DNA of 64,000 nt from assembly GCF_018977255.1 (NCBI RefSeq), contig NW_024704743.1, positions 97,590,001-97,654,000 on the forward strand. The letters are read 5' to 3'. The notes beneath the pieces are model-generated. The model saw only the letters and a list, made by a program, of their open reading frames with translations. It was not told the origin of the DNA and did not search any database. The DNA is from Callorhinchus milii. Its lineage: Eukaryota. This document shows positions 25,710-39,054 of the stretch, in pieces (position 1 is the first letter of the stretch; each line of letters opens with the position of its first letter). Position numbers and translations under genes: made by a program.

Positions 25710-28700
25710 GTAAGTAATAGTTTATTATTTTTAAATCAGTTTCTTTTTCTTTAAAAACTTAAAAGTGTGGACTGTCAGTGGAGAAATTGGCTTGGGAGAG
25801 TTGTTGAGTCTGAAAGCATGAGGGAGCTGTTGCTAGTAAAATGAATGCTTGACATTGATTTGTAATAATAGATGCTGATGCTGAGATTTGCTCTTCATGA
25901 ATCTTTACTGTTCCAGGCAATTTTGAATTGTGATTTGTTATCATATGATAGCCATTTTTGGAAATAATGAGGAATAGCGATTATTTTCTTAGCAAACCTG
26001 GAGCATCAAGATGGCAAATACCCTCCTGTGAATGTCACTCTGCTCCCTGCTGCTGCTTACAGACACCCCACAGAGGATAAAGACATGTTGTCTCAAAAGC
26101 TGTAACATAATAAGAAATGCAAAGCTCTTGGAGGAGAGCAGTGTTTTGTCTGGTAACAATATGCTGGAATTATCCTCCTTGAGGAAGGGGAGGTAAGCAG
26201 GTCTCTCTTGGAGCTGAGTTGGCTTAAAGGTGATATAACTGGTAATGCAATTTCAGAATCAAATTGGTTCTCTATGACAGGCGTGATAGTCCAGTTCCTG
26301 AGCCAGGTGGATCCGGATTACTCCAGGGTATTGCTGATGACAGCCCAGCCAGCCTGCCTCATTAGTAAAACGTGGAGGAGCTGACTGGTCACTGGAGTTC
26401 TTAGCATTCAATTACCCAAAGCCCTAATGAGTAGGGTTGTCCAAAGCGCTATGAGATGTCCTCCTGTGTTAAAGGCACTATATAAAATAATTGTATTGTG
26501 TCAGACAGCCGGCTGACCAAAAATAAAATGCTAAAAATGGTTTTGATAACTGCTTTTTGGGTTTAGTTTCAAGGAATCTGACAGGAGAAAATCTCTGGAG
26601 GAAAAGAGGGCTCCTGTTGGCATCTATAGGTGGGTAATCTGTGCTATGCTGTTTGTTGTACCTACCGTAACTAACACCTTGGATGAAACCTTCCAAAGCT
26701 ATTATACTGTCTGCTTGATTTAGCTCACAGCAGAACCTTTATCTGCCCCCGGTTGATTTAATCTCTGAGCTGTGAGCAAACTTGTCAAAGGGATGGCTTC
26801 ACTTGGGTGTCATCTCTTTTTGATAGACAAAATAACATACATGTGACAAAGTAGCCATATTTGACTGATTCCACAAGAATAAACCATTTGAAGCTCACAT
26901 AGGACAAGATCTTGGAGGTCGAACCCAGTGAATATTTTCAGTAGTCAGTACTGAAAAAACATTATAGGGGTCAGAATTATGCCATTTCTATATACATTCC
27001 AGTGATAATTAAGGAACTGAAAGTGTTCAGCAATATTGCAATGTCGATGCCTAAATTCCAAGGAAAGACAGGGAGTCTCAACTCATAAAACCTCCAGAAT
27101 CCATCCATGCTGTGGACAATAACTTGCAAATTCTGAAAATATCCCAGAAGTGTACACTGAATCTAACTCTGTGCTCTTTATATGTTATAAAAAACAGAAG
27201 AATTGATGAGAGATAAAGATCAATGGGCACATATGTTTTTCTTTCTTTCTGTACTTTGTCATAGGAACATGAGTAGGCCTCAAGGCTGTTCCATCATTCT
27301 ATTGTCCATAGAGGATATTTTGGTCCTTTGCACCATCTACTATATGCATACCTATTCATGTATTGGTATCTATATAGTACTCACACTAAATGATCTTATC
27401 TATGTACCAAACAACAAACCATTTCAATTGTTGTCAATTGATTATTACAGGCACCTGCAAATCCTCTAATACTGATGTGTTTAAACATAGGTTACATATG
27501 ACACTTACAAGTATATTGTATTATACATAGCACAATGTATAAAGTAGTATTGTGAGTGCTTTATCACGTTGGATTATTCTATCACTGCCTTCCATTCTGC
27601 TATCCCAGTCAAAACAGGCACACACATATCCACATCGCTGCAGACTGCAACCAGCAGTAAAGGGAAATACATGCCTCTGAAGTTTTGAATGTTACATTCC
27701 AGTGTCTTTAACCAATTGATATATATAAGGATTAAATGCTAGTAATAGTCTATTAAGACAGGCCTAGGTGTTTCATTCAGTCTCTGTGCATCAGGAAGCC
27801 AGACTTGGATTGTGATAAGTGTCAAATCATATAACCTCTATTGCTTCCTTGACAGATCACGACCTTAATTATGAAAGGTTTTACTCTCAAGGGCAAAAAT
27901 CTTAATAGAGAATGTTAAATGTTATTAAATAAAACCCCAATGGGATTTTCTGTTGGTATTCATGTCCTTTCTTTGAATGTGCCCTCCTTAACCTCTCCCA
28001 GCTGGGAGAAATGGGCTGAAATCTGCTGCCAGGCTGTATCCCAGCTGCTGTGTAACTGATCACCAGAAGGTAGGTGAGAGCAAGCAGCCAGCCATGATTC
28101 TCAGTTGTGCCTCCAACCCCCTGGGAAGCTCATGGCTTCTTTTCAGTCTCACTTTATAGCACTGGACTGCGAGCAAGAAAAGATGAAACCACTGAAATAC
28201 TATGGTAGCTTTTTCAGAATAGAAATAAAATGTACAATCACGTTCAAAGCTTCTAAAGTTCTTAGGTGTAAGGTCATAGTCTTAAAAGTTAAGATAGTGA
28301 GGAATTTTGGAAAATAATCTTAAATTTAATCTTAATTTGGAATCTGATCATCCACAAATCAGCATCCAAATTACCACTAAATTTAAAATTGTTAACCAAA
28401 GATTCACATAATCTTTCATTTTAACGCAATGTTCTGAAGCCTTAGACCGTGAGATATTATAGATCCCAAGTCTATGAAACAACATTTTTGAATCAAAGTA
28501 TTGAGTTTGGTTCTCTTGAAGTTTCATTTCAAAAGAAACTATCTTGATTGGATTTTATCAATCTCTTTTTAAAACCACAAGGAACCAGATCAAACACTGA
28601 AAAACAATCTATTACACTAATGTGATGTTCAGGAAAACTGGCTGTGGGAATTGGAATTTAATTCAGTAGAAACCAGCAGCAGAAGTACAAAGATTGGCAG

Positions 28701-31052
28701 TGACTTCAACTGAAAGTCTCTCAGTACAAATCCTTATGATCAGATTCTGGTAAAATAATTCTCCTTTGCTCAGGCAAAACAGATTGAGAAGAAGGTGGCT
28801 TAATCATCTGACCTGTGCTTTAATGATGAATGGGTCATTATTCTGCAATAAAACATAACAGAACAAGGGGGCATAGATATAAGTTTTAGGACGGAACTTC
28901 TTTGCGCAGAGGATGGTGAGAATGTGGAACTCAATGCCAAAAGCTGTGGATGAAGAGGAAAGCATCAAAACTTTTAAGAGGGAACTCAATGCATACATGA
29001 ATAAGAAATGAACAGAAGGGTGTGGGAGAGCGGTAAAGAAACGATTCTGTTGGCTGGACACAATCAAACACACTGACTTATACACACTAGTATGGATAGT
29101 TATATAGAATTACATAGAATGATACAGCATGGACACAGGCCATTTGGCCCAACTAATCCTTATTGGTGTTTTTACACCACCTCTCCTGTTCCTTTTTCCT
29201 ATACCTTTTTACTCCCACCTCCCTCATGTATTTCTTGTTTAATACAGCTTCTGTGCTGAGTTCCGCAGTTGTGCTGGTGGCCTGTTTCAGTGCAGTACAG
29301 TCTATGTCATTCTATGTCACAAATTGATAAATCAGTGTTTGACAACATAACCATAAGCCAACAGATTGACATTTCATTTCAGGTAGCCCTTCACCCACCC
29401 AAGGGCTCTTCTCGTTTTTCTTTTGTGTTCCACTATGAATGGTAATATAAGAAAAAGCTAATAATGGCCACAATGTGTGCAGAAGAGCCATGCCTCTTGT
29501 AGTTGAGCCTGACTAACTTCCTTAGAGCTGATGATTGCTGAAGAGAGATTCTGGACTGACCATACAGCTGTGTCTTTCCAATATCTTCCGCTCACTGTTT
29601 CACTCCTGTTTTGTACTCTGGAGGCCAGAGGTTTCTCATGGTCTTAGTGTTAAGAACAGTATCTTGAAATTTAAGATTGAGCAGAATTTCAGAAAATTCT
29701 GGTCTTCACCTCTAAATGCCTCCATGGCCTTGCACCACCTTATCACTGTGATCACCTATGACCTTACTCTCCTGGCTACTCCCACTGCTCCATCAACTCC
29801 AGACTGCCTCATGATCGCTCAGCTGCCTGCCCACCCATTCTGCCCATATTGGTCATTTTATCTCTCCTCTGGAACTCTCTTCCCAAATCCTTCTGCTTCC
29901 ACCTTTCTCTCTAGGCTGCCAAATCCCACCTGGAGATGTGATTCTCAGGATGGTGAATTGCAACATCCAAAAGCTACCATTTGGCAGAAAATAACAGAGA
30001 GTAAAACGCCATTTAGTGAAGGTTGCAAATTCAAACCCTCTGTGTTCTCTTGTTGACCTGATTATTTTAGCTCATCAGGTTTAATGATCCCAAGTTATTA
30101 TTGCATCTTTCAAACACATTTTCAGCAATTTCTTTCTCATTATCATTCCGTAAGATTGACTATGATCTCTGAACTCAGAGACAGCGTTTCCTATTCTCAG
30201 TTGGACAGCCATTGCCACATTATCACTCTTCTCACATGTCTCACTACATGTACCATCATCACGAAAACAGTACCAGAGTGAAGACATAATGCATTGCTAT
30301 TCTTGACTTCTGGCATGCTGAAGGGCAATTTCCAATAGGAAACTTCACTCTGACTAGCTGACATAAATCGAGATAATATTAATGAGGTCTAATGGTCTAA
30401 CACATCTTGTGTTTCTGGTACCTGCACAGAGTTGCATTTGATTTACCTTAGGCTATTGAACGTAGAATTCCTTGGAATATTGAAACGGGTGGGTTAATAA
30501 ATAATAAAGATAGGTTTTATTTTAAATTAAAATAGGTATAGGAATCCTTTCAGGTGGACTTAGTTTGATGAGGCATTTTAATTCTTGCGAGTTAGTGGTC
30601 TTTTAATCAGAGTAGGTGGCATACACATTTGGGTTCAATCACTCAGCATTTAATGATTTAGATTAGGATTAGGGTTGTTTAATAATAAATTCCTTCAGAA
30701 ATCTATTTGTCCCACAGTGTCTGTACTCCAGAGCTAGATCGGAGTAGAGTTCATGCTGGATGGTGTGATTTGCTTTCAATTATTGGATGAAGTTCCCATT
30801 TGTGTGACTCAGGTTCTCTCTTAAGGAATCCCATTAAGGAATATCAGTATCGACAACGACTTCAGGAGGATGAGAAAGAATCAGAAGAAACTCAATAAAA
30901 CTGTCCAGAACAGACAATCCATACAATCACATAGTGTTTTCTAAATGGATCATGATGATTACTGCACAATAAAAAGAAGGATACTGTCCACTGTGAATTC
31001 AACAGAGAATTGTTTTTAGTAATATTGAAAGCTGTAATTTCTTCATTTTCAG

Positions 31053-31133
31053 AACTACCAGTTGAATCTCTCGATCCTGCTGGCATTGATCTGACAGAAT
31101 TGGTTAATATGATGATAAACACAACACTTCACA
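31053..31133 (+). CDS. HHLA1: HHLA1 exon
   Basis: Encodes LPVESLDPAGIDLTELVNMMINTTLH (cf. ELPARSIDLSALNLTELVNGMLSRALK). AG/GTAAGT boundaries, phase 1-1. Confidence 0.88.
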
Positions 31134-31551
31134 GTAAGTCTCTGGTTGATTTATATGTACAAACAATTGCAAGCAATGAGGGGACTCTGACATTTGTGTT
31201 TATTTCGAAGCAACCAAATAACAATAGACAGCAACATATTAGGAATTAATCAAAATTGCATTTATCTTTAATGCTTCACAACTTACACTGTCTTGAGAAA
31301 ACTCTGCTCCAAGGTGATTTCAGATCAGAGCTAAGTTCTCACAAATTGCCAAACCTGAAATAAAAGATATTAAAAGGAGTTATAGGTATATAGAATGCAA
31401 GGGTCAATATGACATGCATTACATACGAATAATTACGGAAACATTTAATGTTTACTTATATGTGAGATTGTATGTTTCAATCTGGAGTAATATGTTTTAT
31501 ATGCATGCATTATGCAAAGGTTACTCTATATTTGTAAAATGTTCACCACAG

Positions 31552-31635
31552 GAGATCAACAGTTCTTCTCATTGCTGAGTGTTACTTCCCATAGTTCCTT
31601 TGCTCTTCACAAAGTGTCCCTGGTCATTTACAACA
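31552..31635 (+). CDS. HHLA1: HHLA1 exon
   Basis: Encodes DQQFFSLLSVTSHSSFALHKVSLVIYN (cf. KKFFSLLSVTSYSSFAFHKFSVAVYN). 84 nt, phase 1-1. Confidence 0.93.
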
Positions 31636-31729
31636 GTAAGTGTTCACAGCTTGTATTTTCACCACAATTTCTGAATTATTTTGTGGAGACTGAAAGCATG
31701 AGTGCCTACTCTTCTTCATTTGTCTGCAG

Positions 31730-31813
31730 TTTCCAACTTCTGGAAGATCGACCCCTCCCTTTTCCCACTGAGGTACTGTTACTGCTTAAACAACAGAACC
31801 AATGACTTGTCAG
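31730..31813 (+). CDS. HHLA1: HHLA1 exon (not in ORF track)
   Basis: Encodes ISNFWKIDPSLFPLRYCYCLNNRTNDLS (cf. ISNLKTVDPAKFPTRYCYCLNNRTNDLS). ctgcag/gtgagt boundaries. Confidence 0.94.
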
Positions 31814-31944
31814 GTGAGTTCTTTACCTAGAGAAATATTCCCTTCACACAAAACTGTGTAATTTGTACTTAAAAATTTCTTAACAGAATTCATATTATTG
31901 AGTTGTGCAAACAGGAAGTTCCGGTAACTTTAGATAAAATAACA

Positions 31945-32380
31945 TAAACAGTACAGCACTGAAACATTCAATTCAACTAATCCATGTCACATGAGGCTCT
32001 ACCTACCCTCTACTCCCTATCCTCTTTCCACAAATCTCTATTCCCTTCTCCCTCATGTACACATCCAGTTTCCTCTTAAATGCATTGATGTTTTCTGCTT
32101 CACCCATGGCTTCTGGTGTTGTGTTCCGCATTCTCATCATCCACTGTGTAAAGAGCTTCATCTTAAATTCCCTTTTAAATTTACAAGTAGCTATCTTCTA
32201 TTTATACCTCCTTGTTATGGACTCGACAACAAACAGAAATAGTTTATTTATGTTCACCATTATTGAACCTTTTATAATTTTATTACCTCTATCAGGTCCC
32301 CATCGCAGTAAACCCATCTCAGGAGAATAAACTGTAACCTTCCCAGTCTTTTTTGATAGCTGTATTCTCTTATCCCTGAT
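31945..32380 (-). mobile_element. Old CR1 3' fragment
   Basis: gttccgcattctcatcatccactgtgtaaag and cctctatcaggtcccc are antisense CR1 ORF2 3' motifs. Confidence 0.72.
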
Positions 32381-32824
32381 AAATCTACACTGGACTGTAT
32401 TGCTACAATATCATTTCCTTAGTAAGGATTTTGCTGACACATGGGAACTCTGATCTGATATGATCTACTTGCAAGAATGAAATTCCTGCAGATTGATTGG
32501 AATTCTAACTATATTAGAATTCTAACAGAATGTCTTATTAAGGAAATTATTAATATTTCATCCAAAAGACAGCACTTCTGACAGTGCAGCGCTAAGACCA
32601 GGTTTTCCCTGTCTATACTATGAGTTCAAAGTTGGGCTTGAGCCGTCAACCTTCTGACTCCGGGGCAAGAGTGAGCCAGGCTGACACCCATAAGCAGGTA
32701 ATGTTTTACTGCTCAAGGAAGCAATGTACTGTCGTGAAGATGAGCATGCACAGAGTGTGTCCTATAAAATCACAAACAACACTATACTCTTTAGAAGATG
32801 ACGTATATGTTCTTTCCATTACAG

Positions 32825-32908
32825 ATTTCACTGCTGTGGTCGTGGACTTTGTGGGGAATACCACAAGCTACTTCCAGGAGATTTTTAAGTCTAGCTCCAT
32901 TCTCTATG
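32825..32908 (+). CDS. HHLA1: HHLA1 exon
   Basis: Encodes DFTAVVVDFVGNTTSYFQEIFKSSSILY (cf. DFTALLVDIIGNSTSYLTEIFKSTSILS). 84 nt, phase 1-1. Confidence 0.93.
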
Positions 32909-33124
32909 GTTTGTTATTTTATTAACAATAATGTTTTGAACATGCCAAATGATTGCTTTGGAGCTTTCAAAACTATTGCAATGTGTAGGTACTTGCTGGG
33001 TAGTGTATAGGAGATCAGAGATTACTGTTGGGAATCACAGACTTCAAACTGCATTTTAACCATGTTTTAACACATTGTTCTAGCATTGTAGCAAAGTATT
33101 CTACCAACCTTTATAAATAATAAA

Positions 33125-33238
33125 CCAGATGCTGGAAATCTGAAAACAAAAACAGAAGTTGCTGGGAACACTCAGCTGGTCTCCTATGGAGAAAGGAAAG
33201 TGAGTCAACGTTTCAGATCCACAACCCTTCATCAGAAT
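33125..33238 (-). mobile_element. Penelope-like pLTR 3' fragment
   Basis: Closely similar to 53284-53400 (cagatgctggaaatctgaaa...gtgagtcaacgtttc...cccttcatcaga). Confidence 0.8.
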
Positions 33239-33805
33239 TTTCACACCATTGATTTTATGATACTAATAAAGTTCAATTGAACTTTTCTTCTAATATTAGT
33301 TTTGTGTCCATTATTGCTAAAAGAGAAGCTATAGAGGTGAACCAACAGGTGTGGTGGGATACAATATCAGCTACCCCCAATACTGAGCTCCTGATCTCAG
33401 GCTCTCTGTAGAGCAGGTGGCATTTACTCGAAGGGAAGGAAAGACAGAGGGAAAGTTGTATGTATAATAATAGTAATAATAATTATCCTTGTGTTTGATA
33501 TAACGCCTTATCACATCCTTGAGTCGTCTCAAAGGACTTCACAGAATATACTATAAAGTAAATTGACTTTACAACACTTTCAGTCAGGTTCTAGTGGTCA
33601 TCTTAGAATAACAATAGTATCAAACCTGTCAGGACATTGGTTTATGATGTAAATTTCACAAGATTATTGTTTTTATGACTTAGGACCTTAACAATTAAAT
33701 TGCATACAAATTCAGTATTATAACTATAACTTAACCCAGTTCATATTGGAAGCTACTGCAGTGTCATTTAAGGAAATGCTTATTTGGCTTTTCTTTCTAT
33801 TCCAG

Positions 33806-33859
33806 TCAGTAGGAATGAAACCGACTGCATTTTTATCTGTGTTATGGCTGGTGTTCTAA
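33806..33859 (+). CDS. HHLA1: HHLA1 exon
   Basis: Encodes VSRNETDCIFICVMAGVL (cf. VNQSNESDCIFICVMTGKS). ttccag/gtaagc boundaries. Confidence 0.92.
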   Translation, partial: SVGMKPTAFLSVLWLVF

Positions 33860-33961
33860 GTAAGCAGTTTGTTTGCTCTTTGAGTTCTGTTTATGTAAAA
33901 AAATTTAATCCAACAGTTGTTAATATTGCAGACACTTATTATTATAGACACAATCTAGACT

Positions 33962-34665
33962 ATAACAACAACAACTTGAATTTATATAACGCCCTCCACA
34001 CCGGACGGCGTCTCAGAGCGTTTCTCAGTAACAGATCCCAGGGCCGAGCCAGGGGGAGGGGGAGGAAGATGACCAAAGGCGCAGTCGAAAAGAAAGGTCT
34101 TCAGCCGACACCTGAAAATAGGAAGAGAGGGGGTGAGGTGAAGGGAGTGAGGAAGGGTACTGTTTTGAGGAGAGAGGAGCTCAGAGAGGTAGGGGGGTGC
34201 AGAGGAGTGGAGGGATTTGAAGACAAGAGTGAGGATCTTGAAGTCGATCCTCTGTGGGACAGGCAGCCAGAGCAATCTGGCAAGGATTGGGGTGATCAGG
34301 GAGTGGAGTTTGGTGCGGGTAAGAATGCAGGCGGCAGAGTTTTGTATGACCTGGATTTTGTGAATGGTAGTGGATGGGTGACTGGCAAGGAGGGAATTTT
34401 AATAGTCCAGCCGAGAGGTGACGAAGGCATGGACCAGGGTTTCAGCGGCTTTTGGAGTGAGGTATTGACAGAGACGGATAATGCGTCGGAGGTGGATGAA
34501 AGTGGTGCTAGTGAGGGATCGGATGTCGGGGAGGAAGGATAATTGGGGGTTGAACCTGATGCCTAGGTTGTGTACGGGTTCGGAGAGTTTTAGGGGCAGG
34601 TCGGGTAGGTGGAGGAGGTGAGAACCATGTGATTTTAGACGTTGATGAGAGCCAAAGAGTATGGA
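33962..34665 (-). mobile_element. L2 LINE 3' fragment, same subfamily as 23165-24837
   Basis: WLPVPQRIDFKILTLVFKSLH; tail closely resembles the reverse complement of 24700-24830. Confidence 0.92.
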
Positions 34666-34669
34666 CTCA

Positions 34670-35000
34670 CTATAAGTGGACTCACCACTATATTACATAC
34701 ACAGATTCAATATAGACAGACTCAATACTAATGTTACAGAGAGACTCTATTCTGTATTATAGACAGAAACCGAATACTATTACAGACAAAGTTGCAATAC
34801 CATTATAATAAAATTAATAATCCTTGCATTTGGTACAGCACCTTTCATATCAGGAGGATAATACTGTCATACAGGCACATGATTAATATTGTTGTCAATA
34901 TTACAGACTATTACAGATACAAACTCAATACCGTTATTCTGATAGACTTAATCATGTCATTATTATTGCAGACTTGATATTATTTTATTATTATAGACAG
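34670..35000. repeat. Degenerate minisatellite (about 20-25 bp)
   Basis: Recurrent tatta(t/c)agacagactcaatact-like units. A similar unit lies at about 33925-33960, on the other side of the L2. Confidence 0.6.
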
Positions 35001-35754
35001 AGGCACATTTCCACTGTGGCTTTCTGACTCACTACAGCCTGTCCTGAATCACACTTTCTTTAGCAGGAGTCTTACAACACCCGGTCAGTATATGGTTTTA
35101 CATTTTCAATCATACTCTAAATTGTATTTTGCATCATTTTAAATTTAAAGATAAAGTGGTCTCACAGACCAAGACAAGGTGGAATTTCAGATCTCTGAGT
35201 TGCTATTAAATTGCCTATGCGTATTGTTTGTGTAAATTATGAAAATAATCTGTTTTCCCCAACCTGTAAAGTCACTGCCTGGGGTTTAGCACTTCGGGAC
35301 AAAGGTCAGAACAATGCAGATATGAATCTTGTTCAGTGCTCTTTTGGTTGATCTCAGCCAGGACAACAGCTGGGTATGACAATTGCCCTTGGACTCAGGG
35401 AGGCCAATGTTCCCGACTGAGCATTACTGAGTGTCCTCTCCTGGGAAGTGCGAAGACAGCATTGGGTTTGGCTGTGATCTCTTTCCAAGTCAAATAATCT
35501 GCCAACACTTGCTCGCTGGTCTTTGGGTGGACATTTGGGTGATATACTGGAATGTTTCCAAACCCTTGGAAAATGTACATCAATAAAGCAATACTTTCAG
35601 GAGAGGAGGAGAAAGTCAACAAATAAATATCCTATCTGGCAACCTAAATTACCCTTTTTATAATACATGTTTTGGCACAAGAACACTTAATGCTATAGGC
35701 TGAGTGTAACACAAACGTGCTTTGCATTTTATTACTAAACACATCTATCCCCCA

Positions 35755-35978
35755 GTGCCTTGCCTTGTCTCCTCCCTTTCCTCCTTCAAGGAGGACCTTT
35801 CTCTTTGACCATGTCTTCAGCTCCCCTCTCGACTCTCTACCCTCTCCTCGCTCCCTCCCTTCCCTCCCCTCACCCTGACCATTTCCCCCCTGCTCGGGTC
35901 CTGACCCAACTGTACCGTGCCTTGGGACGTCCTCCTGACGTGAAAGGCGCTCTATAAATGGAATCTTGTTGTTGTTGT
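35755..35978 (+). mobile_element. L2 3' tail fragment
   Basis: gacctttctctttgaccatg...gggacgtcctcctgacgtgaaaggcgctctataaatggaatcttgttgttg. Confidence 0.85.
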
Positions 35979-36803
35979 AGAGGTTATTGCAGTGTTTCTT
36001 TCCAGGCGATCCTCTAGGACTCCTCAGAATACTTACAAGTGAACAGACTGGGGGACGAGATAACAGAATGTTAAAGCCCTCTCCTGTCACATCCAGCATT
36101 TGGGATCAAATCCAACACAGGCAGATGCACTAAGTGTCCACTGTCCCTGACAGCTGCTAAGTGTTACTGGTGAAATCAGTCTGACAGTCTCCAGTTCCCA
36201 GTCGATAAACCTCCACAGGCACAAAGCTTGTCTCGTTTTAGAACCGGCTCAACTAAATATGCCCCAAGTGCAGAAAGTGTGGGAATTCAATGCAAAGCTG
36301 ATGTATCATGAGGCGTCCTTCTAAGACAGGGGTCAGATACAGAGCATGCCTGGACCCATCAAGATGCATTATCTTCAGATCATTCAACTCTTTTCCTGCT
36401 TAGGAAATGCAGAAATGTGATCCATAAATTACACTTTACATGCAAGTCCTTGGAAAGGTCTGAAACTACAAAAGAGGTTAGTGCTATGACCCAATACTGA
36501 TGGAGTCATTGAGCCCTGCGTTTCAAACTGCCTGCGGTATCCTCACTGCTGAATCTCTAGCGTTGATGCTATCAAAGGCTGGGGGTGGGCGAGGGAGAGC
36601 TAAAGGATATCAATCCTGTATTATTGTTCTTGCTAACCTCCCCTAAGTGCATAATCCAAACAAGAAAGGGAGAAGGACGTTGAAAGATGTTGAGGTTTAG
36701 AATGTAATGTTTTGTAATGGATCTGATGCAACATCTAATCTCTTGTGATGCACTAGCTTTTCCACCACCAATATTAAAAAAAATGACTGGCATTGTGTTT
36801 CAG

Positions 36804-36884
36804 AAACCGCAAGCATTTTGACACTGGTCACATCGACTGCTGCAGAAGATGCTACAAAAACAACTTTATCTCAAACTCAGACAA
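36804..36884 (+). CDS. HHLA1: HHLA1 Ser/Thr-rich (mucin-like) exon
   Basis: tttcag/gtatgc, 81 nt, phase 1-1. Encodes TASILTLVTSTAAEDATKTTLSQTQT. Confidence 0.68.
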
Positions 36885-37009
36885 GTATGCATGGTTTTGA
36901 TATGCCATTTTTGAAATGTTATTTAGAATTTTTTTGGTTACTCTCTCTCACTCTCTCTGTGAAAAGAATTCCCTCTGCCTCCTTGTCCTCCTGCAAAAAA
37001 AAACATTGT

Positions 37010-37470
37010 TGATCTTTCTAACTTTGCAAACCACTGGTCCATTTCAAACGTGACATTATCTCTCTTTGTGACCAGGGCATTTTGTGCCTTGGAGCTCTTT
37101 GCAGTTTTCGTCACAATTGATCATCCCATCGTCCTCGACCTCCTCTCCTCCTTCATCCCCTTAGTAGGACTGTGTTCTCCTGGTTCGAGTCCTGTTTGAC
37201 CTACTATCAACTCCAAATCTCTGTAAATGTTTTTTCCTGCTGTCCCGATGGGTCACCTGCAACGTACCCCAAGGTTTCATCCTTAGCCACTTCTTGGTTA
37301 TGTGATGCACAGACATGGGTAAATTTCCATGTCACACCTGAAGACCTTCATTTTTGACCTTGCCTACGATCACCTCCCCCCTCTCCCTGGCTAGTGTTAA
37401 GCTCCGCCACTGTTAAGCACTCTGCGACACTCCCCCAAGTGAAGGGCACTATATAAATGAAAGTTGTTAT
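37010..37470 (+). mobile_element. Internally deleted L2 fragment
   Basis: Degenerate RT-region similarity to 23550-23870, joined to an L2 tail. Confidence 0.65.
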
Positions 37471-38408
37471 TGCTGTTCTTGTTATCATGCATGCAGAAAC
37501 CCATCACCACGCTTCAGAGTATCCAAACCAGACCAAGAGTTACACATATGTATACCACCTACAGAAGGACATTTCCCTGGGTCAGAATGGAATATGCACT
37601 CTCTCCCTGGAGAGATGCACCCTGCTTATTGAAATCCAGCAAGTGATAGGTGCAGGTTGGACTTTAACAAACTAAAACTACATAGCTTGCCATTGAGAAC
37701 GCTATCTGGCAAGCTTCCTGCTGCTTGTCCAGCTAGGAACATCCTACCATTAGGGAATCTGCTTGTTGGGTGGGAAAAATCCCTGCCCTTCCAAGTCTTG
37801 CCAATGAGCCAGGTTGACTGGTGCATCAGCATCAGTGCCTTGGAGTGTTGCAAACCAGCCTGGCTCAGGAATCGGATTTGACTCGGACGTTTCATTTGGA
37901 ATTTTTAAACTGTATCACAGCTTGAAAAAGAGGAGCATTTCCTCTCTCTCCTGGGACAGGATTCACAAAGTCTGAATGAAATTTTTGGTTTGCGTCCAAG
38001 TCTGAATCTGGGCTGATTCAGCAAAAGATTCAAATCTTGACCAATTCAGGCTCCAACAGGCCTGGACCTTTAAGAAAATGGTTCAGGTTTCTGCAGTGGC
38101 AGCACTTTGCTGGGCTTTGCCTGACTGACATGTGATGTCACTGGGGGTCAATCTGCCTCTTGACAGTGATTTGTTCAAGTTGTTGTTTTGGCAACATTGC
38201 TCAAATTTAGGGGTAAAAATACAAAGTGAGGCTATAATTATTAACAGTGATCACCATCAAATCACACATCACACTTTTCACCCTCATTGTGCTAGAATAT
38301 AAACCAATGGCAGAGCAACTATTCCTGTAGCATCCAATAAATTACTTCTCAGTCAATTAAAATAAGGGATAAACAAAAACAATTCTTCTGTGCTTTTTTT
38401 CCCTTCAG

Positions 38409-38495
38409 AATCAAATGTACCGGACACACCATCAGTGGCTATATCTACTCAGATACTCACAATACAAAGTCCATCACAAAAGCAGACAGCAGCCG
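38409..38495 (+). CDS. HHLA1: HHLA1 Ser/Thr/Pro-rich exon
   Basis: Long pyrimidine tract then cttcag; donor gtaaac; 87 nt, phase 1-1. Encodes SNVPDTPSVAISTQILTIQSPSQKQTAA. Confidence 0.68.
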
Positions 38496-38736
38496 GTAAA
38501 CTGGTATCCTGTTCACTGACAACTAAGTGAAATTAAATAAATGTAAAAGTTATGAACTTGTAGCCATATTGTAGATTGTATCAGAGGGGAGTAGATTGAT
38601 TCAAGGGCTCAACCAATGATGGCAAACAATTATGAATGAATACTCGCAGAGAGCGAGAGAGAGCAAGAATCTACATTTACATGTCTTTTGGGGGGAAGGG
38701 GGCAGAAAGACAATGAAATCTTTTTGTAGAGGAAAT

Positions 38737-39054
38737 TAATAATAATAATCCTTGCATTTGATATAGCGCTTTTCACGTCGGGAGGACATCCCAAAGCGCT
38801 TCACAGAACACACTGTAAAGTGAATTGACTGTATATTTGTGGGCGAACGCGGCAGCCAATTGCGCACAGCAATGTCCCACAAACAGTCATGGATTGAAAA
38901 TGACCAATTTATTATTGGTTTTGGTTTTGGATGGATTATTATTAGGCTCTGTGTGGAGTAAGGAAAATTGCCCAAGGTTTCACCCTGCCTGGAATTGAAC
39001 TCAGGTCTCTAGCCTGCAAAGCGAGTGCTCAACCACTGAGCTACAGGACTCCAC
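38737..39054 (-). mobile_element. Same SINE family, full length
   Basis: Reverse complement closely matches 52463-52787. Confidence 0.92.

Noticed and set aside
28160..28204. Possible HHLA1 45-nt phase-1 exon (LDCEQEKMKPLKYY); also 30472-30508
   Set aside because: The first has a weak donor (gtagct), the second has a mismatched start phase, and neither has homology support.
29535..30056. 173-aa ORF in an HHLA1 intron
   Set aside because: No recognisable homology; overlaps a degraded L2 fragment.
33784..34542. 252-aa ORF as a standalone gene
   Set aside because: Only 33806-33859 is an HHLA1 exon; the rest is intron and antisense L2.
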